DNA of 64,000 nucleotides from an uncultured Gammaproteobacteria bacterium (GCA_964650355.1 CAZYTL010000009.1:413-64412); one strand, 5' to 3'; shown: positions 28,273 to 38,596, counted from the stretch's first letter. Translations and numbers: made by a program. The notes: generated from the sequence alone by a model not told the origin.

Positions 28273-28974
28273 ATGACCACTATCGGTTATCGGGAAGTGG
28301 ATCGCAATCCAGTCATACCAAGATTGAATAAAAACATCATCAATTTGTTGACGCGATTATGTTTTAGGCAGGACGATGTGGTTAATCATGCTGACTTAAT
28401 ATTTTTCTTTTCAACTCAACATCATACCCAAAAGGCGGTTAAATTAATTACAAAATTATTAAATAATCAAGTTGCGCCAAAGATATTAATTACCGGAGGT
28501 AATCCTCCGTATCCTGACACCAGTGTTGAGGTAATTGAATCGCAACAAATTTTAAATTTGTTGAACAAATCAAAATTTCCTCATATTGATTTCTATTCAG
28601 AACAAACATCGCGTAATTTACAGGAAAATGTTATTCACTCGATACCGATAATTAAAAAAATAAATCCTCAAAAAATATTATTTGTGACTAAATCACATGC
28701 TGCCGGTCGCTCATATCTAACTCTTAAAAAACAATTTCCTCGAGTTCAGTTAAAGCAAATCACTTATAATGTTAAATATGAAAATAGCCCTCATGAAATT
28801 ACCAAACAGAATTGGTACACCTTTAAATCCGGTAAGCAAAGAGTTTGGGGTGAATTTTTAAGGATTAAGTTGTATGGAAGACGCGGCGACATTGAATATG
28901 ATGACGTACAAGATCTAATTATCCAAATTGAAAATAGTATCAATAAGTCAAGATATGGGCAAAAGCTTACGTAA
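28273..28974 (+). CDS. YdcF/DUF218 family protein
   Basis: ILITGG, SEQTSRNLQEN, VTKSHAAGRS, RVWGEFLRIKLY. Confidence 0.8.
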   Translation: MTTIGYREVDRNPVIPRLNKNIINLLTRLCFRQDDVVNHADLIFFFSTQHHTQKAVKLITKLLNNQVAPKILITGGNPPYPDTSVEVIESQQILNLLNKSKFPHIDFYSEQTSRNLQENVIHSIPIIKKINPQKILFVTKSHAAGRSYLTLKKQFPRVQLKQITYNVKYENSPHEITKQNWYTFKSGKQRVWGEFLRIKLYGRRGDIEYDDVQDLIIQIENSINKSRYGQKLT

Positions 28975-30184
28975 AGGAACTAAAACGTCTTGGAAAGATC
29001 GACTGAAAAGGAAAACAGTCTATGAAGGTTCCACCAAAACAAAAAAGCTTGCAGACAGACAGTTTTTCATTTTGGTAACTGGGTTGCTATTGTTCGGAGT
29101 GGTAATGGTTTACAACTCTTCTGTAGTAACTGCATTTCAGCAGTTCGGAGACAAATTTCATTTCGCCAAGTTACAAGTGGTTTGGGCGGCGTTAGGCTTT
29201 ATAGCCATGTTGATAACGGCGAAAATTCCTTATCATTGGTGGAGAATTTATGCCAAGCCCATGCTGTACGCCACGATTGGTTTGTTGATTCTGGTGTTGA
29301 TTCCGGGAGTAACGAATCCTATCTACGGCGCCAAACGCTGGATTTCGATCGGAGAATTAACCATTCAGCCTGCAGAGCTAGCCAAATTTAGTCTGGTGAT
29401 TTATTTGGCCAGTGTGTTGCCGGGAATGCGGGTCGGTTATCGGAAAAAATCGTCGGCGTTTCGGTTAAAGAATTTGCTCAAGTTGCGCTTAAGCCAAAAG
29501 GAGGAGAAAATAACTATGTCTCAACTGTTGTTCAGAGTAGGCTTGGTTTTGGGGTTAGTGATCATTGAGCCGGACCTAGGGACTACGCTGGTGCTGGTGG
29601 GAACAGCGTTGATAATTTATTGGGTATCCGGGGCACCGGTCAAGCAATTTGTAGGACTGATAGGAATGGGATTTGCATCTGTTTTAGGCTTAATTTTTTC
29701 CAGTTCATACCGGGCGGAGCGGCTGAAAACTTTTTTTAACCCCATGAGAGATCCGTTAGGAAGCTCATATCATATCCGGCAAGTGCTATTGGCGTTGGGG
29801 TCAGGCGGGTGGCTAGGTTTGGGTTTAGGACAATCAAGACAAAAGTATTCTTATTTACCCGAAGTGACGACGGATTCAATTTTCGCTGTGATTGGAGAAG
29901 AAATTGGTTTTCTGGGAGCAGCGGTGGTGTTACTGGTGTTTTTGGGTCTGATTCTTAAAGGGTTGCAGATTGCCAATCGGTGTCCGGACCAGTTTGGTAA
30001 ATTGCTGGCCACGGGTATGATTGCCTGGATCGGTGCTCAGGCGGTGATCAATTTTTCCGCCATGGTCGTGTTGGTGCCACTGACCGGTATTCCCCTCCCA
30101 TTTATCTCCTACGGAGGCTCCTCATTGGTGGTGGCATTGGCCAGCATGGGAATTGTTTTGAATATATCAAAGCATGCAAAATGA
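28955..30184 (+). CDS. ftsW: SEDS peptidoglycan polymerase FtsW
   Basis: GAKRWI, IQPAELAK, EPDLGT, LPEVTTDSIFAVIGEE, LPFISYGGSS; lies between murA and murG. Confidence 0.92.
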   Translation: MGKSLRKGTKTSWKDRLKRKTVYEGSTKTKKLADRQFFILVTGLLLFGVVMVYNSSVVTAFQQFGDKFHFAKLQVVWAALGFIAMLITAKIPYHWWRIYAKPMLYATIGLLILVLIPGVTNPIYGAKRWISIGELTIQPAELAKFSLVIYLASVLPGMRVGYRKKSSAFRLKNLLKLRLSQKEEKITMSQLLFRVGLVLGLVIIEPDLGTTLVLVGTALIIYWVSGAPVKQFVGLIGMGFASVLGLIFSSSYRAERLKTFFNPMRDPLGSSYHIRQVLLALGSGGWLGLGLGQSRQKYSYLPEVTTDSIFAVIGEEIGFLGAAVVLLVFLGLILKGLQIANRCPDQFGKLLATGMIAWIGAQAVINFSAMVVLVPLTGIPLPFISYGGSSLVVALASMGIVLNISKHAK

Positions 30185-30199
30185 TATAATTCTTGCTAT

Positions 30200-31519
30200 A
30201 TGAAGGCCAAACAAGTATATCGGAAATATAATATTCCACCAAATTTACAGCGACATATGCTTCAAGTGGCGAGTTTAGCGAAAATTATTAGTGATCATTG
30301 GATAGGGCCGGAAATCAATGAGGACAGGATTATTAAAGTTTGTTTAATTCATGACATGGGGAATTTACTAAGGTTTGCTTTTCGTGAACATTTAGATCTT
30401 TGGGGTGAAGAGAAACGGAATTTAGACAAGTGGAAAAAGATCCGTGATCAGATGGAAAAAAAATACGGCCCAAATGAACAGTTAGCAACTCTAAAAATAG
30501 CTAAAGAAATTGGTGCTGATGAAAGAATGTTATTTTTGATTAAAAATAAAAGTTTTCGCTATACGGATAAAACTGCCAAATCCGATGATTGGGAATTGAA
30601 AATTATTACCTATGCTGGCCAGAGAATTGGACCTTCTGGCTTGTTAACATTAAAACAACGATTTGAAGAAATTAAAGATCGGCATAAAAATCGAGTAAAA
30701 ACGGGGTATTATCTGCCTGGCAGAGAAGTTCTAATCCAAAGTGCTTTCAAACTCGAACTGGCAATTCAAAAATATTTAGATATTGATTTATCAAAATTAT
30801 TTACTAAAGAGATAGATAATTTTAATACTCTCCGAAATTACCCACTGATTTCTAAACCTCAAAATGTGACGGCTAAACAAATATATATAAAATACAGGGT
30901 TCCTTTAAATATTCAAGTACATATGCTGCAAGTGGCAAATTTAGCACAGTGGATTGTTGCCCGTTGGCAAGGTCCGAATTTTGATACGGAAAGTGTAATT
31001 AAGGCTTGTTTAATTCATGACATTGGTAATTTAGTAATTGATGATTTAGGTGGCGAGTCTCTGGTTCTAAAAAATAATCCAGAAGGACTAACTTACTGGA
31101 AAAAAGTAAAAGACAGAATGATTAAAAAATATGGCAATAATGAACATGAAGTAACTTTAAGGATAGCCAAAGAAATTGGAATGGAGAGAATAGTTATCTC
31201 TTTATTAAGGAATATGTCTTTTAGCCGTACGCAAGACACTTTGATATCTAATAGCTGGGAACGTAAAATCTGCACTTACGTGAATCAACGAGTTGGTCCC
31301 AATGGAATAATAAGTCTCCAAGAGAGATTTGCAGATGTGAAACGCCGGTATCAACGATTACCCAATGCTAGTATTAATCTCCCGAATAGAAATGAATTGA
31401 TAAACTACGCATTTGAAATTGAGCAGGAAATTAAGGAAAATGTCGACATAGATCTTAAACAAGTTACAGAGAAGAGTATCGAGGAAAATTTTGATCTTTT
31501 ATCAGACGTTCGGATTTAG
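30200..31519 (+). CDS. Tandem (duplicated) HD-like domain protein
   Basis: Two ~215-aa repeats, each with HMLQVA...CLIHD.GNL...QR.GP.G. Confidence 0.8.
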   Translation: MKAKQVYRKYNIPPNLQRHMLQVASLAKIISDHWIGPEINEDRIIKVCLIHDMGNLLRFAFREHLDLWGEEKRNLDKWKKIRDQMEKKYGPNEQLATLKIAKEIGADERMLFLIKNKSFRYTDKTAKSDDWELKIITYAGQRIGPSGLLTLKQRFEEIKDRHKNRVKTGYYLPGREVLIQSAFKLELAIQKYLDIDLSKLFTKEIDNFNTLRNYPLISKPQNVTAKQIYIKYRVPLNIQVHMLQVANLAQWIVARWQGPNFDTESVIKACLIHDIGNLVIDDLGGESLVLKNNPEGLTYWKKVKDRMIKKYGNNEHEVTLRIAKEIGMERIVISLLRNMSFSRTQDTLISNSWERKICTYVNQRVGPNGIISLQERFADVKRRYQRLPNASINLPNRNELINYAFEIEQEIKENVDIDLKQVTEKSIEENFDLLSDVRI

Positions 31520-31550
31520 ATATGCTAAAGATCTGAAAGGCTGATTAATA

Positions 31551-32141
31551 CTATTTTAAATATCCGATCGAAATATTGTGGTCTTTGTATATATGTTTGG
31601 TTTTTACATAATTAATGAATGCAATTCGACGTTCAGGATATAAATTTTTAGAGAAATTAAAATATAATCGATTTCCCACTTCGTCTAGCAAAGCTTCTGT
31701 TAGATGTTCATAATAAATTTCCCTTGTAATATCAAATAATCCATCCTGATATGCTTTTAAAGCCTGTTCCCATCGATAGGTAGATATAAATTCCAATTTG
31801 TCAGCATCAAATAAGATTTTCGATTCTAATAACGTTTGTTCTTTTGATATTGAATGCTCATTGATAATTTGAATTATTAAATCGATAACCGCGTTAGGTA
31901 GTAGATGTTGCTTAAGTAGAAGCTTTAATTTTTTATGCTGGTTGTTCTTATTATGTGTTTCATAGTCATGAGCCAAAGCAGCGATTTCTAGTATCTGTAA
32001 GTTAGGAGACAGTTTTTCATGGTTAATAATTTCATAACAGTTTTTCAACACTTCATAGTGATGGAAAATGTCATGAAACACATCAAATGGTTCAGTAGCA
32101 ACGGCCTTCTTGATATCGTGAACTAATTTGGAGTGATTCAT
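31551..32141 (-). CDS. HD domain protein
   Basis: HDIFH, LAHD, EHS, FDADKLE. Confidence 0.8.
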   Translation of the reverse strand: MNHSKLVHDIKKAVATEPFDVFHDIFHHYEVLKNCYEIINHEKLSPNLQILEIAALAHDYETHNKNNQHKKLKLLLKQHLLPNAVIDLIIQIINEHSISKEQTLLESKILFDADKLEFISTYRWEQALKAYQDGLFDITREIYYEHLTEALLDEVGNRLYFNFSKNLYPERRIAFINYVKTKHIYKDHNISIGYLK

Positions 32142-32187
32142 AACAATTTGATTTTACCAGTTAAAAAACTTTTTATATACTTGAGGT

Positions 32188-32973
32188 ATGACTCTTTATG
32201 ATACGATTGGGAAAAATTATACGGTAACCAGAAAGCCTGATCATCGGATAACGAAGGCAATTATTGATTACCTCGACTTATCTGCACCGGCTACTATCGC
32301 AGATGTCGGCGCCGGTACCGGAAATTATAGTTTGGAATTAGCCAAAAAGGGATTTAGAGTCTTAGCTATTGAACCTTCCGAGGTAATGAGAAGACACGCC
32401 AAGAGGCACAAAAATATAAAATATATTAAAGGTGTAGCTGAAGATTTGCCTTTAGGTGCCAAGTCGGTAGATGGGATTATTTGTTTAGCGGCGATACATT
32501 TTTTCTACGACTTAAATAGGGTTTTCAAGGAAATGAAACGGGTATTAAAGAAGAAAGGTAAAATAGTTATTTTTATGGTTGATCCATCATTGCGATCTCA
32601 AGACTGTTGGTTAGATCATTATTTTGCACCGTATAATCAATCTGAATATAACTTTCCTCCTATCAAAAAGGTTACTAGTGTATTAAGTCAGATATTCCAA
32701 AGCCCAGTAAAGATTGTGCCTTTCCTCTTACCTGATGATTTAGAAGATCATTTTTTCTTATCTGGCTGGCGACGGCCACATTTATACTTAAGCGATAAGT
32801 TTTGCGAAGGTATTTCATCCCTAGCAGTAATTCCTAAAAATAGACTCCATCAAATCCAAAACAAGTTAAAACGTGATCTGAAATCCGGCAAATTTGAAAA
32901 AAAATACGGATATCTGAAAAAACTTGATAAATATGAGGGTGGTTATAGATTTTTAGTAATTCAAAATCTTTGA
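32188..32973 (+). CDS. Class I SAM-dependent methyltransferase
   Basis: YDTIG..Y...R.PD, DVGAGTG, IEPS, AEDLP, WRRPHLY. Confidence 0.9.
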   Translation: MTLYDTIGKNYTVTRKPDHRITKAIIDYLDLSAPATIADVGAGTGNYSLELAKKGFRVLAIEPSEVMRRHAKRHKNIKYIKGVAEDLPLGAKSVDGIICLAAIHFFYDLNRVFKEMKRVLKKKGKIVIFMVDPSLRSQDCWLDHYFAPYNQSEYNFPPIKKVTSVLSQIFQSPVKIVPFLLPDDLEDHFFLSGWRRPHLYLSDKFCEGISSLAVIPKNRLHQIQNKLKRDLKSGKFEKKYGYLKKLDKYEGGYRFLVIQNL

Positions 32974-32993
32974 TTGCTGGATTGACTTAGATT

Positions 32994-34139
32994 ATGCGGA
33001 AAAAAATTGTTCTCACTGGTGGGCACATTACACCGGCACTAGCCTTGATCGAGGTCCTGAAACAAGTTCAGGATGACGGGGGTTCGGAAAGCTGGGAGGT
33101 TTATTTTTTCGGTAGGACACGGGCGATGCGCGATGATAGAGACTTATCATTGGAAGCCAAATTGGTTCCTCGATTAGGAGTGAAGTTTATTCCCTTAATA
33201 ACGGGAAGATATAGAAGGAAGGTTAATTTGAGGAATCTGTATTCGATGGCTAAGATTCCTGTGGGGGTGATCCATGCTTTGATTTTATTAATTAAAGTGA
33301 AGCCGGACATCGTGGTATCGTTCGGAGGATATCTGGGTTTACCAACTGTAATAGCCGCTTGGTTGTTAAGAATTCCTTCAGTCATCCATGAACAAACGAT
33401 TTGTGCCGGTTTAGCAAATCGGCTATCAGCCAGATTTGCTACTAAAATTGCGATTTCTTTTCCAACAAGTAAAAGTTATTTTCCTGAAAACAAAACGATT
33501 TTTACCGGAAATGCAATGGCACCAGGCATTTTTAATAAAGATAAAAATTTAATCAAAAAGTACACAGGAAAATTTAGTAATGCTCATACTATTTACATTA
33601 CCACCGGCAATCAGGGAGCGCGCGATGTGAATAAAATAATACTTGAGGCCTTACCAAAATTACTAACCAAATATAATATTATTCACCAAATAGGTAGCAC
33701 TGAAAGCCAAATGCAGGAATGGAAAAAGGCGCAGGAAATGTTAACCACTTTACCAAATAACCTATCCAACAATTACTTTCCAGTTAAGTTTGTTCCTCAT
33801 GAAGAAAGGGGGGCTGCATTTTCTACTGCTGATTTAATTATTAGTAGAGGAGGGGCAAATACAATCTGGGATATTGCCTTACTTGAAAAGCCGGCGATGA
33901 TTATTCCTTTGGAACCAACCAACATGGATGAGCAACTAAAAAATGCAAGATATTTAGAAAAAGCAGGGTTGGGTAAATTAATTCGCGAGGAAGATTTGAC
34001 CCCCGATACTTTAATTAATCAAATTAACAAGATGTTTGATAAATTGAAAAGTTATAAGTTGAAGAGTGAGTATCGGAAAATGTTTAGAAAAGACGGAGCC
34101 TTGAAATTATATGAACTAATAAAAGAAACTGTGCATTAG
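32994..34139 (+). CDS. murG: Lipid II GlcNAc transferase MurG
   Basis: GGHITPA, SFGGY, HEQ...GLAN, TGN, ISRGGANT, EQLKNA. Confidence 0.9.
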   Translation: MRKKIVLTGGHITPALALIEVLKQVQDDGGSESWEVYFFGRTRAMRDDRDLSLEAKLVPRLGVKFIPLITGRYRRKVNLRNLYSMAKIPVGVIHALILLIKVKPDIVVSFGGYLGLPTVIAAWLLRIPSVIHEQTICAGLANRLSARFATKIAISFPTSKSYFPENKTIFTGNAMAPGIFNKDKNLIKKYTGKFSNAHTIYITTGNQGARDVNKIILEALPKLLTKYNIIHQIGSTESQMQEWKKAQEMLTTLPNNLSNNYFPVKFVPHEERGAAFSTADLIISRGGANTIWDIALLEKPAMIIPLEPTNMDEQLKNARYLEKAGLGKLIREEDLTPDTLINQINKMFDKLKSYKLKSEYRKMFRKDGALKLYELIKETVH

Positions 34140-34209
34140 GAAACTTGTTGTTGAACAGTTGGTTTGGTCTTTTTACTAACTTCTATGATCTATGCTATAA
34201 TTCAATTTA

Positions 34210-34734
34210 ATGAAGTATAGGACTATTCTGGTGATTTTAGTTTTGGCAATGATTTTGTCTGGTTGTAGTTTATGGCCTTTTGCTCAACAGGAGCAGGCGC
34301 CGGCGCCAGAGCCGACGGTTACTCCCACCAGCGCCATGGAACAGGTAAAAGGTGTGAAAGAGGAATTGGAATTAAAAACCCGCACTACCTTGCCGACTGA
34401 TGCAGAGCAGGCCATCTTGCGTGATGTGAGCGGCAGCGGCGGAAGCGGAATCGCCACTCGCAAGTGGGACGGAGTCAGGTTTGAACATACGATTTTAGCT
34501 GACTTACCCAGTTTGAAAGACGGAGAGTTTTATGCCGGCTGGCTGGTGAGAGGACAACCGACCGAAGCCGGTTTTAGCGTGAGATCAACTGGAAGGCTAC
34601 GATTGGTGAAAGGAGGGTGGGTACTGGATTATACTACCGGTCAAAATCTATCGGATTACAACGGGGTAGTGGTGACCAGAGAATTAAAAGACGACAGCCA
34701 ACCCGAATTGCATATGTTGGAAGGAAGTTTTTAG
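34210..34734 (+). CDS. Lipoprotein with anti-sigma-K (RskA C-terminal)-like domain
   Basis: Lipobox LSGC; FYAGWLV, VVVTRE...P...LEG. Confidence 0.55.
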   Translation: MKYRTILVILVLAMILSGCSLWPFAQQEQAPAPEPTVTPTSAMEQVKGVKEELELKTRTTLPTDAEQAILRDVSGSGGSGIATRKWDGVRFEHTILADLPSLKDGEFYAGWLVRGQPTEAGFSVRSTGRLRLVKGGWVLDYTTGQNLSDYNGVVVTRELKDDSQPELHMLEGSF

Positions 34735-34785
34735 AAGTTAGGATATGGTAGCAGCTAGCTGAGGAACTTACGTTAATGGGATTTG

Positions 34786-35061
34786 CTACAGTCCGAATTG
34801 GGGAAAGACTTGAGCCGAAGTGGGAGTGGCAGCAGGCGGTGTGGGTGTAGTATCTTCCAAATACGGTTGATTAGGAACATATTCCGGGGTGGGTGTTTCA
34901 TAATAGGAGCCGGGACTACCGGTGGGCAGAGAGTTGCCATTGTTAGAATTAGAGGTATTTAAGATCGAGAAGGCGAAGATGAGCAGGGCGATGACAATCA
35001 CAAATCCTATGCCTAAGAGGGCAAGTGTGGTCATGATGGTTTCTCTGGGAATGGCTGCCAT
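34786..35061 (-). CDS. Small single-pass membrane protein with P/T-rich tail
   Basis: One TM helix; TACACT 6 nt before ATG. Confidence 0.55.
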   Translation of the reverse strand: MAAIPRETIMTTLALLGIGFVIVIALLIFAFSILNTSNSNNGNSLPTGSPGSYYETPTPEYVPNQPYLEDTTPTPPAATPTSAQVFPQFGL

Positions 35062-35143
35062 GGGTATAGTGTATATTAAGTTAGGTGGACATGTCTATGG
35101 GGGCACCGGTTATGGGTGATGATCGCTCGTGATAGAATGTGAT

Positions 35144-35611
35144 ATGGCAACAGCAATTATTGTTTCTAATTTAACTTTGATCTGGGTGATGGGGTTGGCG
35201 ATTCCCCTTTTATGGCTGAAAAGGGAGAAAACCGCAGCGATCAGAACTTTTTTTTCTGCCGGGATTGCCTGGTTTAGCGCTCAGGTGATTAAATCTCTTT
35301 TTTATGTTCCCAGGCCCTACTTAGTTGACCATGTACAAGCACTCGTATTGAAAGCACCGACAGATTCATCGTTCCCTTCCGGACATACCACCACTGCCTT
35401 TGCGATTGCCACCAGCTTGTACCTTTATAATCGCAAGTGGGGACTGGTAGGATACGCATTGGCGATTTTGGTTGGCTTATTGCGAATCTGGGGTAGAGTT
35501 CATACTCCAGTAGACGTGTTAGCAGGTGTGGTTCTAGGTACTTCAGTGACCTTGATAATTAGAGTTCTTTATGGCAAACTAGTGCTCTGGCGAAAAGTCA
35601 AGTCTGGTTAG
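35144..35611 (+). CDS. PAP2 family phosphatase (undecaprenyl-pyrophosphate phosphatase-like)
   Basis: K-x6-RP, SFPSGH, R-x5-H-x3-D. Confidence 0.88.
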   Translation: MATAIIVSNLTLIWVMGLAIPLLWLKREKTAAIRTFFSAGIAWFSAQVIKSLFYVPRPYLVDHVQALVLKAPTDSSFPSGHTTTAFAIATSLYLYNRKWGLVGYALAILVGLLRIWGRVHTPVDVLAGVVLGTSVTLIIRVLYGKLVLWRKVKSG

Positions 35612-35622
35612 GCACTTGCTTT

Positions 35623-35649
35623 TTAGCACTTTGTTTGATAGACTGCTAA
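35623..35649. promoter_or_regulatory. CIRCE (HrcA operator) overlapping the lon promoter
   Basis: TTAGCACTT-N9-GACTGCTAA; TTGCTT(35616)-N17-TAGACT(35639) promoter; ATG 7 nt after the -10. Confidence 0.85.
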
Positions 35650-35651
35650 TC

Positions 35652-38282
35652 ATGGATCAACCTCTCCCCCCGAATTCCAACAATCAGAAGAATCAAGAAA
35701 TAAAATTAGACAGAGAACAGGGGAGAAAAGTAGCTCCTTTGGCTCCCATCAGAGACGTGGTGGTGTTTCCTCATACAGAAGCGATTTTAGCTTTTGGCAG
35801 GCCAAAGTCGATGGCTGCGGTAGAAGCAGGCCATCAATCAGGTCAGACGATTTGTTTATTCACTCAGAAGAATCCCGAAACTAAAGATCCCAAGGTGGAA
35901 GACTTATATGAGGTGGGGGTGTTAGTAGAGTTGGAAAGAGTGTTACAGATTGAAGGCATGATTCATGCCATTGTTAAGGGTATAAAAAGAGTGAGGCGTA
36001 CCAATTTAGTAGCGGAAACTCCGTACTTGGTAACCGAATACGAAGAAGTTGCTGAATTAACTGACCAGAATGATGAATTATCCGCCTTGGTGAAACATAC
36101 AACTTCTCAGTTTAAAAAGGCAGTTAATCTTGGTAAATCTGCTGATTTGAATATTTTTATGCGCATCATGTCCGGGGTAGGACCGGGTGAGTTGGCTGAT
36201 CAGGTTGCTTCTACCTTAGATATTGAGGTCTCGGCGAAACAAAAGATTTTAGAAATTGAGTCTGTAAACCAGAGATTAAATGAAGTAGTAAAGCATCTAG
36301 CCCATGAGATAAGGGTATTGGAGCTGGAATCGTCTATTTATAGTAAAACCCAGAAACGAATGGATAAATCAATGCGAGAAGCGATTTTAAGGGAGAGAAA
36401 GAAAACTATTGAGAATGAATTGCGTCGGTTGGGATATCAAGACAGTGATGCGGATATGAGGGATCCCGAAGTGTCAGAGCTGCAAAAGAAAATCAAGGAA
36501 GCGGGTATGCCTAAAGATGTCCAAAAAAAGGCGGAAAAAGAATTGAAGCGTCTGGCCCAGATGTCTATGCATAATCCGGAAAGAAGCTATCTACAGAATT
36601 ACCTGGATTGGTTAGTGGAAATGCCTTGGAGCAAATCGAGCAGCCAGGATCTGGAGTTGTCAGAAGCGATTAAGATTCTGGAGGAAGAACATTATGGACT
36701 AAAAAAGGTGAAAGAAAGAATCATTGAATATTTGGCAGTAATGAAATTAAAACAGCAAGCAAAACAATCAAAAACCAGCAAAGGTAATGGCCAACCTGCT
36801 AACAGTGAAGATGAAGATCAACTTAAAACCAACCCGGAAGATGACAAGCAAGGTAAAATCAAAAGTAAGAAACCGGAGGATAAAAGTGAAGCAAAGAAAG
36901 ATCAGACCAATGGAGCTACTATCTTGTGCTTGGTTGGCCCTCCGGGAGTGGGCAAGACATCGATTGGCAAATCAATCGCCAGGGCACTGGGAAGAAAATT
37001 TGTGCGTATGTCTCTGGGCGGGATTCGGGACGAAGCAGAAATTCGGGGCCACAGAAGAACTTATATTGGAGCTCTTCCCGGTCGGATTATCCAAGGCGTA
37101 AAGAATGCCGGCACCAATAATCCGGTGTTTATGCTGGATGAAATAGATAAATTGGGTACTGATTTCAGAGGAGATCCTTCCTCGGCATTGTTGGAAGCTT
37201 TGGATCCGGAACAAAATCGAGAGTTTTCCGATCATTATCTGGAAGTACCTTTTGATTTGTCTCAAGTGATGTTTCTGACCACGGCTAATTTGTTAGATCC
37301 CATTCCTCCGGCGCTAAAAGATCGGTTGGAGGTGATTGAGTTCACCGGATATACAGAAGAGGAAAAGGTGCAGATCGGTAGCAAATATCTGTGGCCCAAG
37401 CAATTAAAGATTCATGTTTTGCCTGAAGATTATAAGATCACGGAAGACGCCCTGAGGAAAGTGGTTCGCCATTATACTCGAGAGTCAGGGGTGAGAAATC
37501 TGGAAAGAAATTTGGCAACTATCTGCAGGAAAATAGCCAGACAACTGGCGGAGAAAAGCGATACGAAAAGTAAGGTGGTTGAGGAGAATCAAATTACCGA
37601 CTTCTTGGGCCCCATCAAATTCAGATCCCAGCTAGCAGACAAAAAGAATGATGTGGGGGTAGCTACCGGCTTGGCTTATACTCCGGTAGGAGGAAGTATA
37701 TTGTTTATTGAGGTGGCTTTAATGCCGGGCAAGGGTAAGTTGACCTTGACCGGGCATTTGGGACAAGTGATGAAAGAATCGTGTAAAGCTGCTCATACAT
37801 ATGTGAGAACCAGATGGAGGCAGTTGGGAATCAGTCAAGACCTGGTGCAGAAAACTGACGTGCATATTCACGTACCTGAGGGGGCAGTGCCCAAAGATGG
37901 CCCTTCGGCCGGAGCAGCGATTGCTACTGCGTTAACTTCTGCATTTACCCGGATTCCCAGCAGGAAAGACGTAGCGATGACCGGAGAGGTGACTTTAAGA
38001 GGCAGAGTGACTGAAATCGGCGGAGTGAAACAAAAGGTGATTGCCGCGCATCTGGCGGGCATTAAAACTGTAATTATGCCCAAGGATAATGAAAAGGACT
38101 TAAAGGAGATCCCGGAGAGTGTAAAAAAGGATATTAAGTTTGTGTTTGTGGATCATATGGATCAGGTGTTACCAGTAGCGTTAACCAAGCAACCAAACCC
38201 TAAAGAAGCAGCTTCCAGACAAAGTAAACGAACAGCTAACGGACATGAAGAGAGAATTCGCTCCGAAGTAGTGATGGTGTGA
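35652..38282 (+). CDS. lon: ATP-dependent protease La
   Basis: GPPGVGKTS, DEAEIRGHRRTYIGA, LDEIDK, PKDGPSAG, IGGVKQK. Confidence 0.97.
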   Translation: MDQPLPPNSNNQKNQEIKLDREQGRKVAPLAPIRDVVVFPHTEAILAFGRPKSMAAVEAGHQSGQTICLFTQKNPETKDPKVEDLYEVGVLVELERVLQIEGMIHAIVKGIKRVRRTNLVAETPYLVTEYEEVAELTDQNDELSALVKHTTSQFKKAVNLGKSADLNIFMRIMSGVGPGELADQVASTLDIEVSAKQKILEIESVNQRLNEVVKHLAHEIRVLELESSIYSKTQKRMDKSMREAILRERKKTIENELRRLGYQDSDADMRDPEVSELQKKIKEAGMPKDVQKKAEKELKRLAQMSMHNPERSYLQNYLDWLVEMPWSKSSSQDLELSEAIKILEEEHYGLKKVKERIIEYLAVMKLKQQAKQSKTSKGNGQPANSEDEDQLKTNPEDDKQGKIKSKKPEDKSEAKKDQTNGATILCLVGPPGVGKTSIGKSIARALGRKFVRMSLGGIRDEAEIRGHRRTYIGALPGRIIQGVKNAGTNNPVFMLDEIDKLGTDFRGDPSSALLEALDPEQNREFSDHYLEVPFDLSQVMFLTTANLLDPIPPALKDRLEVIEFTGYTEEEKVQIGSKYLWPKQLKIHVLPEDYKITEDALRKVVRHYTRESGVRNLERNLATICRKIARQLAEKSDTKSKVVEENQITDFLGPIKFRSQLADKKNDVGVATGLAYTPVGGSILFIEVALMPGKGKLTLTGHLGQVMKESCKAAHTYVRTRWRQLGISQDLVQKTDVHIHVPEGAVPKDGPSAGAAIATALTSAFTRIPSRKDVAMTGEVTLRGRVTEIGGVKQKVIAAHLAGIKTVIMPKDNEKDLKEIPESVKKDIKFVFVDHMDQVLPVALTKQPNPKEAASRQSKRTANGHEERIRSEVVMV

Positions 38283-38309
38283 ACTGAAGGCAGTTAAAGG
38301 TGAAGCACT

Positions 38310-38361
38310 AAAACCGGGCGTTGCTGATTAAGCTAGACTTAATAATCAGTAGCTCGGTTTT
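38310..38361. terminator. Bidirectional hairpin between convergent genes
   Basis: aaaaccgggc...tgctgatt / aatcagta...gctcggtttt. Confidence 0.55.
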
Positions 38362-38410
38362 AATGATTTGTGACCTAAAATATAACAAAAGATTAGGTAG
38401 AACAACTAAT

Positions 38411-38596
38411 TTATTGGACAGGTACTTCTGCTTTATCCCAATCTTCTTTCTTCACAAATTTGGTTAGATTTCTTCCATCTCCGGTGCGACCCTTCAAAGC
38501 GTAACGAGTTTGACCCCTAACCTGATAGGTAACTTTGCCGACGACATCAACCGTAACCTTTTTTCTCAATTTAACGTCGTAAAAAGTTGCTTGCAT
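38411..38596 (-). CDS. Small basic protein, CC1/Cren7-like candidate chromatin protein
   Basis: FYDVKLRKK...RYALKG...LTKFV; strong SD AAGGAGGTGAGG upstream. Confidence 0.65.
   Translation of the reverse strand: MQATFYDVKLRKKVTVDVVGKVTYQVRGQTRYALKGRTGDGRNLTKFVKKEDWDKAEVPVQ

Noticed and set aside
36750-36915. Insertion in Lon before the Walker A motif as an intein
   Set aside because: About 55 aa of low-complexity K/D/E/Q sequence without intein terminal motifs; a variable loop.
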